In this document: piece by piece, positions 1 to 8,043 of the stretch
How the letters are laid out: each line of letters starts with the position of its first letter
How positions within the stretch are numbered: position 1 is the first letter of the stretch
Source: Alphaproteobacteria bacterium
GTDB taxonomy: Bacteria > Pseudomonadota > Alphaproteobacteria > Micropepsales > Micropepsaceae
DNA: 64,000 bases
Reading direction: 5' to 3'
Assembly: GCA_016792785.1 (NCBI GenBank)
Contig: JAEUML010000130.1
Location: forward strand, 1,366 to 65,365
Notes under the pieces: model-generated
What the model was told of the DNA's origin: nothing
Database searches by the model: none
Seen by the model: the letters and a program-made list of their open reading frames with translations, nothing else
Translations under genes and position numbers: made by a program

Positions 1-1
1 T

Positions 2-2209
2 ATCGACGCAGGCAACGGAAATTTGGCGCAGAATTGGACGCTGCGCAGCGGCGCATGGGTCACGCCCTTCAACGTTCCCGTTGACGGGTATGACCGCAAT
101 CCAAATCGGACGATCGCGCAGCCCACATCTCGTTTGATGTTCGCGGCGGATGCCGAGTATGAAATTCTGCCCAGAGTCCGTGCGTTCAGCGAACTCAACT
201 ACGGTTCGTCGAAAACCGACAGTGCCTTCGAGGGTCAACCATTCCAGTCAACCCTGAACGGCATCGGTGGCCCACCACCGTTTCCGGGCGTAGAAGTTAC
301 AATCCCGATCGACAATCCGTTCATTCCATCGGCAGCGCCGGGGTCAATAAATCTTGTGCCTGCGGCACAGGACATTCGCGCTGCAATGGTCGCCCGCGGC
401 GACACCGCGTTGACATGGACGCAGCGCTTCGACGTCTTCGGCCTGCGCGGCGCGGATAACCTTCGTCAAACCGTGCGTGCGGTCGGCGGACTTAGGGGAG
501 ACATGGATTCCCTGTTTGGCCTGGGTTCCGATTGGAACTGGGAGGTCTCCTATGTGTACGGGCGCACGTCTCTGGACGCTCTGACAGGCGGGTTGATGGA
601 TCTCACCCATCTTTATGCCGGTCTGCGGGTCGAAGCGTCCGGCGTCGCCGACAATCCGGCTACTCCGGACCGCGAAGACTTTCGCTGCGTCGATCCAGGG
701 CAACGGGCGCTTGGCTGCGTACCGATCAACCCGTTCGGCGGCGCGGTCGCGGGTAGCTACTCGCAGAACATGATCAACTACATTGTCGCGCAAGCTGGCG
801 TTCGCGGGAACCACGAACTTGAGGACGCGACCGCGTACCTCGGTGGCTCGCTATTTGCGTTGCCTGCAGGCGATGTACAAATCGTCGCCGGCGCCGAATG
901 GCGCAGGACGCTCGGCGATTTGGACTACGACACCGGCATCAACAATGGCACGCTTATCGGGAACATTATCGGTGACTCCCGGTCGCAAAATAAATCGCAG
1001 GAGCTTTTCGGCGAAATCAGTGTTCCCATTATCGCGGACTCCTCGTTCACAAAGAGCCTAACGGTTGAGGGAAGCTATCGAACGAGCCATACCGACGGGC
1101 AGGGCACGTTTGATACTTGGAAATACGGCGGCATGTGGGAACCGATCGGTGGCCTTCGACTCCGCGGGGTTCAATCGCGAGCAATTCGCGCACCAAACAC
1201 GAGCGAGCAATCAGGCGCCGGGCAGACTTTTCAGGCGGTAAACGATCCGTGCGCGCAAGCGAATATCGGTCTCAACCCCAATCGTGCAGCCAACTGCCTT
1301 GCCGACGGCTTTAACGCTGGGCCGTACACGCCGGCCCTGGCCGTCTTGCAACAGGTGGGCGGATTTACGACTGGCAACCCGAACGTGAAGCCTGAGGTCG
1401 CGGACACGCTGACCTACGGTCTTGTGATTACACCGGAACTGATCCCCAACCTCAGTTTCACCATCGATCGTTTTGACATCACGGTAGATAAGCAGATCGC
1501 GACTATCGGGCGGCAGTTGATCGCCAACCTGTGTTACGACTTGGTAGGCGCTCAGCGAGCGCAGTACTGCACACTCACGCGGCGCGGTTTCAATCCGAAC
1601 GTTCAGCCGCCCAATCCGGTCGCGTACAACAATCTTGCGCTTACCGATATCTTCGACACGGTACAAAACAACTCGCGCTCAGATGTCAAGGGCGTCGATA
1701 TTGAATTGCAGTACCGCGCAGACCTGGCCGACTGGCTCGGCGAGGATGGCGATCTGGGCTCGCTGCGGCTGGGTGCACTGGTTTCGCTCTATGACGACGC
1801 CACCACCGTAACTACGGTTCCGGGAACTGCTCCGGCGCTCACTAACTTCCTCGGCTTTGCCGGCGCCGGGGGGCAGCTTGAGCGTCAGGGGAAAGTCGAT
1901 GTCGGCTACTCGATCGATGGGTGGCGGTTCAACTGGACCGCACGCTATGTGGGCGAGTCCGTCAACTCACCGTTCGTCGCCGCGGCCGCGCAAACGACGA
2001 TCCCTGACTTTTGGTACCACAACGTTCAGGGCAGTTGGGACGTGACACCGAATTATCAATTCTACTTCGGTGCAACGAACATTGCGGATCAGGATCCGCC
2101 GTTCTTCCCAACAAACACCACGGGCATCCAGGCGCTCGACACCATACCGCAGTATTACGACGTCTACGGCCGCTCGTTCTATGCCGGGTTCAAAGTTCGG
2201 TTCGAGTAA
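2..2209 (+). CDS. TonB-dependent outer-membrane receptor, C-terminal beta-barrel portion (5' end outside window)
   Basis: The frame is open from nt 2 with no upstream stop, so the gene is cut by the window edge. There are 728+ aa of alternating beta-strand sequence with no plug domain or TonB box. It ends ...GRSFYAGFKVRFE, the aromatic terminal strand typical of TonB-dependent receptors. Third codon positions look more A/T-rich than in neighbouring genes. Confidence 0.85.
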   Translation: MDAGNGNLAQNWTLRSGAWVTPFNVPVDGYDRNPNRTIAQPTSRLMFAADAEYEILPRVRAFSELNYGSSKTDSAFEGQPFQSTLNGIGGPPPFPGVEVTIPIDNPFIPSAAPGSINLVPAAQDIRAAMVARGDTALTWTQRFDVFGLRGADNLRQTVRAVGGLRGDMDSLFGLGSDWNWEVSYVYGRTSLDALTGGLMDLTHLYAGLRVEASGVADNPATPDREDFRCVDPGQRALGCVPINPFGGAVAGSYSQNMINYIVAQAGVRGNHELEDATAYLGGSLFALPAGDVQIVAGAEWRRTLGDLDYDTGINNGTLIGNIIGDSRSQNKSQELFGEISVPIIADSSFTKSLTVEGSYRTSHTDGQGTFDTWKYGGMWEPIGGLRLRGVQSRAIRAPNTSEQSGAGQTFQAVNDPCAQANIGLNPNRAANCLADGFNAGPYTPALAVLQQVGGFTTGNPNVKPEVADTLTYGLVITPELIPNLSFTIDRFDITVDKQIATIGRQLIANLCYDLVGAQRAQYCTLTRRGFNPNVQPPNPVAYNNLALTDIFDTVQNNSRSDVKGVDIELQYRADLADWLGEDGDLGSLRLGALVSLYDDATTVTTVPGTAPALTNFLGFAGAGGQLERQGKVDVGYSIDGWRFNWTARYVGESVNSPFVAAAAQTTIPDFWYHNVQGSWDVTPNYQFYFGATNIADQDPPFFPTNTTGIQALDTIPQYYDVYGRSFYAGFKVRFE

Positions 2210-2219
2210 GGGGGAAACG

Positions 2220-3242
2220 ATGCGGAAACTACATCTCATCTTAGTGTCCACCGCTTCGGCGGTGGCACTGCAGACGGCGAGCGCCGAACATAAGTCGCAG
2301 TGGTACATCTCGCTTGCTGGTGGTGCGAACTACGCTGATCTGCAGAAGGACTCGACGTCAGAGTACGGCGGCGGGTGGGCTGCGATCGGTGCGCTTGGTT
2401 ACAAGTTTGACAATCGGCTTCGGCTCGAAGCCGAGGTCGGTTATCGCTTCAACGACGGCGACGCGCGCGACTTGCTTGCGCCCGCGTCGCGCATGGAACA
2501 AGAACTCAGCGCACTGACCTTGATGGGCAACGCGCTGTTCCAGATCCCGATGGGCGAGAAGGTCAACTTCGCGCTCGGCGCGGGCGCCGGCGCCGCGCAG
2601 ATACGATTGGACGTGAACGCTCCGCTTACGCCTGACTCGGAAGACAAGAATGCGGCCTTCGCGTGGCAATTGTTGGCGCAAGCGGATTTTGCGATCAGCC
2701 GGCGAACAGAGTTCTTCGTCGACTACCGGTTCCTGCAGACGGTCAACGATCTCAGTCTGCGTCCGTACAGCACCGCCCCCTACGGATCGCGGTCTATGCA
2801 GTACGAAGCGCACACGTTGTCGGCGGGGTTGCGCTACTACTTCGGTCAGCCCGACGAGGCGCCAGCTGCGGCGCCGCCGCCGCCACCTCCTCCGCCTCCC
2901 CCACCGCCTGCGGCCAAGCAGTTCATCGTCTTCTTCGGGTTCAACAAGTCGAACCTGACGGCCGAGGGACAAGCCGTGGTGGCCGAAGCTGCGGCTGCGG
3001 CGAAGGCGCAGGGCTCGGCGCGGATCCTCGTGGTTGGTCACACTGACTCGGTCGGGTCGAACGCCTACAACGATCAGCTCTCGCAGCGGCGCGCCGGCGC
3101 CGTGAAGGACGAGCTCACCAGACTCGGGATTTCCGCCGATGCCATTTCAACCTCGGGCAAAGGCGAATCCGAGCTCATGGTCCAAACCGGGGACGGGGTG
3201 AAGGAACCTCAGAACCGGCGGGCCACGATTGACTTGAACTAG
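2220..3242 (+). CDS. OmpA-family outer-membrane protein (N-terminal barrel, poly-Pro linker, C-terminal OmpA/MotB peptidoglycan-binding domain)
   Basis: The in-frame ATG at 2220 follows AAGGGGGAAA. The signal peptide is MRKLHLILVSTASAVALQTASA. A run of 12 consecutive Pro codons lies at 2874-2909. The C-terminal motif VVGHTDSVGSNAYNDQLSQRRA...NRRATI is the OmpA_C signature. The longer ORF from 2070 overlaps the end of the receptor gene and is Arg-rich. Confidence 0.9.
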   Translation: MRKLHLILVSTASAVALQTASAEHKSQWYISLAGGANYADLQKDSTSEYGGGWAAIGALGYKFDNRLRLEAEVGYRFNDGDARDLLAPASRMEQELSALTLMGNALFQIPMGEKVNFALGAGAGAAQIRLDVNAPLTPDSEDKNAAFAWQLLAQADFAISRRTEFFVDYRFLQTVNDLSLRPYSTAPYGSRSMQYEAHTLSAGLRYYFGQPDEAPAAAPPPPPPPPPPPPAAKQFIVFFGFNKSNLTAEGQAVVAEAAAAAKAQGSARILVVGHTDSVGSNAYNDQLSQRRAGAVKDELTRLGISADAISTSGKGESELMVQTGDGVKEPQNRRATIDLN

Positions 3243-3268
3243 GACTATCCCAAGCACCAACGTCACTT

Positions 3269-3297
3269 GGGGCGGGCGACGAGCCTGCCCCATTTTT
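3269..3297 (+). terminator. Rho-independent terminator downstream of the ompA-like gene
   Basis: The stem is GGGGCGGGC (3269-3277) paired with GCCTGCCCC (3283-3291), with one G-U pair and loop GACGA. It is followed by ATTTTT. Confidence 0.65.
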
Positions 3298-5192
3298 CAT
3301 TGGCCGCCTCTCGGCGCCACGTCGAAGGCGATCGTCGTTCTGGTCTGGTCGCCAGCGAACGGAATGGTGCCGTGGTAGAAATAGGACGGGAAGAGGACCA
3401 ACGCGCCCTCTTTCGGTTGGACGAAGCGGCGCACGCGATCCGTCCACGGGACGTCGAACGGCGGATCGCCCAGGGTGAACCAGCCCTGCCTGTCGGTCGA
3501 CGTCGCAACCGCTGGCGGAAGCGACGCATAGTAGGCGCTCGATATCCAGCCTTCGGGGTGAATGTGCGTGACGTGATAACCTGCGCTCTTCAAGCGCGCG
3601 GACCATGAGCCGCGATAGACCAGATCATTCGACTTGCGGCGCAGGAAGGGGTGCCCAGTATCTTCCGGCAGCGCCGCCACATAGTCGCGCACGACCTCGT
3701 CGAAGCGCTCGCGCAAGCGCGTCACCAAATCGATCTTTCGCCCGAACAACGCGCCCAGCGTCTGCGTTCCGTTGCGCAACGTTTGGTCGATCGGCTCGGA
3801 TTGCAGCTGGTGCAGATTGTCCAACAACAGGGACAAATCGGCGTTGAAAGCCGCCATGTCGCTATAGCCGCGCGGTGCGGGCACCTCGATGACGACGGCG
3901 AACCGATCAAAGTCGGCGAGCCAATTCTCACGCGGATCGCCCAGCGCGCGCAGTGCCAGCGACAGGTCCGCCAGCGCCAATTGGTTCGCCGGTTCCGCCG
4001 CCAAAACCACTTCCAAATCTTCAATCGCTTGTTTGGCGTCGCCGACGCGCAGCCGCGTATGGGCACGACTCGTTCGCACCCATGTCAATTGGGAAGCGCG
4101 CGAGACGGCTTTGTCGTGCCAGTCAAGGGCACGGGCGATTTCGCCAAGCTCCATCGTCATACGCGCCATGCCGTCGATCGGAACCGGAGACTCCGCGTTC
4201 AGCGCGTGCGCACGCGCAAAGGCCCCAAGCGCCTCCTCGTGTCGTTTCGCAAGGCCCAGAAGGTTTGCGCGCGAGATGTGGAGTTCGGGCCGGTCGGGGT
4301 GTCGTACGATTGCTGCGTCCAGATCGGCGATGTACTCTTGCTGTTTTCCGATCTGCCAGAGCAGGCGGGCAAGGTTCTCGTATGCCGCCAAGTACATCGG
4401 GTTGAGCGCGATCGCCTGACGATAGTGGGCAATCGCATCGGTCGTTCTTCCGGAAATCTGAAGCGCGTAACCAAGGCCGGTCAGCATGTCTGCTCGTCCC
4501 GGTCTTGATGCGACGGCTAGCGCGATCAGAGGACGTGCGGCTTCGCCATCACCGATCTTCGCGTAAGTCATGCCGAGGTTGTAAAGCGCGGCCGGATTCT
4601 TCGGCTCGACCAAAAGCGCTTCGCGTAGCAGGTGTTCGGCGGCATCGAGATCGTGCCTTCTGGTCGCGATTGTCGCCAGGCCGATCGCCCCCGCTGCTTG
4701 CCGTGGCTGCAGCCTTCGCGCGCGTTCATACGCGGCTGCGGCCTCATCGAGTTTGCCGAGGCTGGTGAGCGCTCCGCCCTGCCCCACCAGCGCGTCGACG
4801 AAACGCGCATTGTGGCGCAGAGCATTGACGTAGGCTTCAGCAGCCTCTTCGAAGCGGCCGAGATCGTTCAACAAATTGCCCAGGTTGCTCCAAACGTGCG
4901 GCTGGGCGTCGTTCGCCGACAGCGACTGACGCAAGCGCGCTTCGGCGTCTGCGTGTTTTCCTTGCGCTTTGAGCGCGAGACCCAAAAGCTGCAGCACGTC
5001 AGCATTCGATGGAAACTGGACCAGCAGGCCCTGGTAAGTCCGTTCGGCCTCCCCAAAGCGCCCGGCACGCTGCAATGCGACGCCCGCGGCCAGTCCTTGG
5101 GACAGTACTGCCGGATCTGCGCCCGTCTTTGCATCGCCCGTCATTGGTCGTATTGGAACCTTCACGTGAAGTTGGTTCGACCCTAGCTTCAA
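3297..5192 (-). CDS. TPR-repeat protein fused to a C-terminal 2OG-Fe(II)-oxygenase-like domain
   Basis: The N-terminal ~400 aa consist of repeated 34-aa TPR-like units (A..Y..AL...P....A...LG). The C-terminal ~200 aa carry HVTHIHPEGWISSAYY and LFPSYFYHGTIPF, resembling the putative 2OG-Fe(II) oxygenase family. The start could also be the internal Met at 5144. Confidence 0.75.
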   Translation of the reverse strand: MKLGSNQLHVKVPIRPMTGDAKTGADPAVLSQGLAAGVALQRAGRFGEAERTYQGLLVQFPSNADVLQLLGLALKAQGKHADAEARLRQSLSANDAQPHVWSNLGNLLNDLGRFEEAAEAYVNALRHNARFVDALVGQGGALTSLGKLDEAAAAYERARRLQPRQAAGAIGLATIATRRHDLDAAEHLLREALLVEPKNPAALYNLGMTYAKIGDGEAARPLIALAVASRPGRADMLTGLGYALQISGRTTDAIAHYRQAIALNPMYLAAYENLARLLWQIGKQQEYIADLDAAIVRHPDRPELHISRANLLGLAKRHEEALGAFARAHALNAESPVPIDGMARMTMELGEIARALDWHDKAVSRASQLTWVRTSRAHTRLRVGDAKQAIEDLEVVLAAEPANQLALADLSLALRALGDPRENWLADFDRFAVVIEVPAPRGYSDMAAFNADLSLLLDNLHQLQSEPIDQTLRNGTQTLGALFGRKIDLVTRLRERFDEVVRDYVAALPEDTGHPFLRRKSNDLVYRGSWSARLKSAGYHVTHIHPEGWISSAYYASLPPAVATSTDRQGWFTLGDPPFDVPWTDRVRRFVQPKEGALVLFPSYFYHGTIPFAGDQTRTTIAFDVAPRGGQ

Positions 5193-5308
5193 TTGGCGGG
5201 CAAATCAGCCGTTCCCGTTGCTCTCGTCAGCGCGGGCTTGATGGCTTAAGACGCCATACCAGATTCCTCGTTTCCCACCATGCCACTTTCCCTTCCCAGG
5301 TCCATTCG

Positions 5309-7945
5309 ATGAAAAACGAACATCCCGTCGCCATTCGCCGTCTCGACTACGCGCCTGCGCCTTATCGGGTGGCGCGGACGTCGCTTGAGTTCTTGTTGGA
5401 GCCTCAGGCCACGCGGGTGCATGCGTCGCTCGATATCGAGCCGGTGGGCGACAAGCCCGGCGCGCTGGAGTTGCACGGGGAGCATTTGAAGCTTCTCGAC
5501 GTCAAGATCGAGGGGCGGCCTCTTGCGAAAGACGCCTATTCGGTTCTGGACGACAAACTCGTCATCAAGGCGCCGCCTTCGACGCGGTTCCGGTTGGACA
5601 CGACGGTCGAGATCAATCCCGCCGCGAACACAGCGCTCTCGGGGCTCTACATCTCCGACGACATGTTCTGCACGCAGTGCGAGGCAGAGGGGTTCCGGCG
5701 CATCACCTATTCGCTCGACCGGCCGGACAATATGTCGGTCTACAGCGTGCGTATGGTCGCGGACCGGGCGCGCTATCCGGTCTTGCTATCGAACGGCAAC
5801 GAGGTGGCGCGCGGTACGTTGCCCGGCGGGCGGCACTTCGCGGAGTGGCACGATCCGTTCCCGAAGCCGTCCTATCTCTTCGCGCTGGTCGCGGGCGATC
5901 TGGCGCATGTCGAGGACCACTTCGTCACCGCTTCGGGGCGGCGCGTGAAGCTCGGCATCTATGTGACGCACGGCAACGAAGACAAAGTCGACTTCGCGAT
6001 GGGCGCGTTGAAGCGCTCCATGAAGTGGGACGAGGACGCGTTCGGACGCGAATACGACCTCGACGTGTTCAACATCGTGGCGGTCAGCGCGTTCAATTTC
6101 GGCGCGATGGAGAACAAGGGTCTCAACATCTTCAACGACAAGCTTATCCTGGCGCGCCCCGACACCGCGACAGACACGGATTACGACTTGATCGAGGCAG
6201 TCGTCGGGCACGAGTATTTCCACAACTGGTCCGGCAACCGCGTCACCTGCCGCGATTGGTTCCAGCTGTCGCTGAAGGAAGGCTTCACCGTCTTCCGCGA
6301 TCAAGCGTTCTCGGCCGACATGCGCTCGGCAGCGGTCGAGCGCATCGGCGACGTGCGCGCGCTTCGCATGCGCCAATTCCAGGAAGACGGCGGGCCGCTG
6401 GCGCATCCCGTGCGTCCGGACTCGTATCTTACGATCGACAATTTCTATACGGCGACTGTCTATGAGAAAGGCGCCGAGCTGTGCCGCATGGTGCGCACAA
6501 TCTTAGGCGCGGAGAAGTTTCGCGCCGGCTCCGACCTCTATTTCGCGCGTCACGACGGGACGGCGGCGACCTGCGACGACTTCATTAAGGCAATGGAGGA
6601 TGCGAGCGGCGTCGACCTTTCGCAGTTCAAGCTTTGGTACAGCCAAGCCGGCACGCCGCAGGTGACGGCGCACGGGCGCTACGACGCGGCGGCGAAGTCG
6701 TACGAACTGACGTTGGAGCAGAAGCTCGCGCCGACGCCGGGGCAGACCGAGAAGAAGCCGATGCACATTCCGGTGGCGGTCGGTCTCGTCGGGCGCAATT
6801 CGGGCAAAGACGTTTCGGTTGCGCTCGACGGCGGGAAGGCTTCGGCGACGCAGGTGTTGAACCTGCGCGAGGCGAAGCAGACGTTCGTGCTCAAAGGCGT
6901 GAGCGAACCCGTGGTGCCGTCGATCGGGCGTGGGTTCTCGGCGCCCGTGCGGTTCGAGTCGGACCTGACCTCCGAGGACCGCGCGTTCCTCATGGCGAAG
7001 GACTCGGACTCCTTCAATCGTTGGGAGTCAGGCCAGAAATTCGCGACCGAACTGCTCGTGCGTATGACGGGGGATGCGCGCGCGGGCAAGACGCCCAAGG
7101 CGGATGAGCTCTTCGTCGAGTCGTTCGGCGAACTGCTGCGCGATGCGCGCAAGGACCCTGCGTTCACGGCGATGGCGACGCAACTGCCGACGGAGATGGA
7201 ACTCGCGCAGGTGATCGATGATGCCGATCCGGACGCGATCCATACGGCGCGTGAGACGCTGCGGCGCACGCTTGCTACGGCGCACAAGGGCGCGCTGCGC
7301 GATACATATCAGTCGCTCAAGAGCAACGAGCCCTACTCGCCCGATGCAACGTCGGCGGGGCGGCGCTCGCTGCGCAATATGTGCCTGCGCTATTTGACCG
7401 CGGAGGATAACGCGGACGCCCGCGCGCTCGCCTTCGAACACTTCCGCGGCGCGGACAACATGACGGACAAGGTCGGCGGCATGGGTCCGCTCGTCGATAT
7501 GGACGGGCTTGAGCGCGAAAACGCGCTCGGCCAGTTCTACGAGCAGTGGAAAACCAACCCGCTCGTCATCGACAAATGGATGAGCCTGCAGGCGATGTCC
7601 TGCCGGCCCGATACGCTTGCGAAGGTGCAAGCCTTGACGAAGCATCCGGCCTTCACGATCGAAAATCCGAATCGCGTCCGTGCGTTGATCGGCGCTTTTG
7701 TCATGAACAATCAGCTTCGCTTCCATGCGGCGGACGGGTCGGGCTACCGTTTCCTGGCCGACAATGTGATCAAGCTCGACGCGCTCAATCCGCAGGTGGC
7801 CGCGCGTTTGTGCGGGGCGTTCGAGACGTGGCGGCGCTTCGACGGGCGGCGCCAACAGCTCATCCGCGAGCAGCTTGCGCGCATCAACAAGACGAGCGGC
7901 CTGTCGCGCAATGTTCTCGAGATCACGGAGAAGACTCTCGGCTGA
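5309..7945 (+). CDS. pepN: Aminopeptidase N (M1 family zinc metallopeptidase)
   Basis: Contains GAMENKGLN and the zinc motif HEYFHNWSGNRVTCRDWFQLSLKEGFT (HExxH-18-E). The length from ATG 5309 (MKNEHPVAIRRLDY) is typical for PepN. The upstream 100 codons of the track ORF overlap the divergent gene and look non-coding. Confidence 0.95.
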   Translation: MKNEHPVAIRRLDYAPAPYRVARTSLEFLLEPQATRVHASLDIEPVGDKPGALELHGEHLKLLDVKIEGRPLAKDAYSVLDDKLVIKAPPSTRFRLDTTVEINPAANTALSGLYISDDMFCTQCEAEGFRRITYSLDRPDNMSVYSVRMVADRARYPVLLSNGNEVARGTLPGGRHFAEWHDPFPKPSYLFALVAGDLAHVEDHFVTASGRRVKLGIYVTHGNEDKVDFAMGALKRSMKWDEDAFGREYDLDVFNIVAVSAFNFGAMENKGLNIFNDKLILARPDTATDTDYDLIEAVVGHEYFHNWSGNRVTCRDWFQLSLKEGFTVFRDQAFSADMRSAAVERIGDVRALRMRQFQEDGGPLAHPVRPDSYLTIDNFYTATVYEKGAELCRMVRTILGAEKFRAGSDLYFARHDGTAATCDDFIKAMEDASGVDLSQFKLWYSQAGTPQVTAHGRYDAAAKSYELTLEQKLAPTPGQTEKKPMHIPVAVGLVGRNSGKDVSVALDGGKASATQVLNLREAKQTFVLKGVSEPVVPSIGRGFSAPVRFESDLTSEDRAFLMAKDSDSFNRWESGQKFATELLVRMTGDARAGKTPKADELFVESFGELLRDARKDPAFTAMATQLPTEMELAQVIDDADPDAIHTARETLRRTLATAHKGALRDTYQSLKSNEPYSPDATSAGRRSLRNMCLRYLTAEDNADARALAFEHFRGADNMTDKVGGMGPLVDMDGLERENALGQFYEQWKTNPLVIDKWMSLQAMSCRPDTLAKVQALTKHPAFTIENPNRVRALIGAFVMNNQLRFHAADGSGYRFLADNVIKLDALNPQVAARLCGAFETWRRFDGRRQQLIREQLARINKTSGLSRNVLEITEKTLG

Positions 7946-8043
7946 TTGAGTCTTTGCCGTCACATTTGGCGGCACGGTGTTGCCGATTGTACCCACCGGG
8001 GATGACAAGCCCTGCCCCCCCGACATAATCGGTCGGTGGGGTC

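Noticed and set aside
2-2209. The TonB-dependent receptor gene has an apparently lower GC content than the rest of the window, considered as a sign of horizontal transfer.
   Set aside because: This is an impression from reading only. I cannot compute GC3 here, and outer-membrane protein genes often deviate in composition. It needs a windowed GC calculation before it can be claimed.
2874-2909. A run of twelve consecutive proline codons, considered as a possible slippage-prone simple repeat.
   Set aside because: The run uses mixed codons (CCG, CCA, CCT, CCC), so it is not a DNA-level homopolymer or microsatellite. Pro-rich hinges between the barrel and the OmpA_C domain are a normal feature of this protein class.
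5009-5308. The 100-codon N-terminal extension of the pepN ORF.
   Set aside because: It overlaps the divergent TPR gene start and is Arg/Pro/Ser-rich. PepN homology begins at the Met at 5309.
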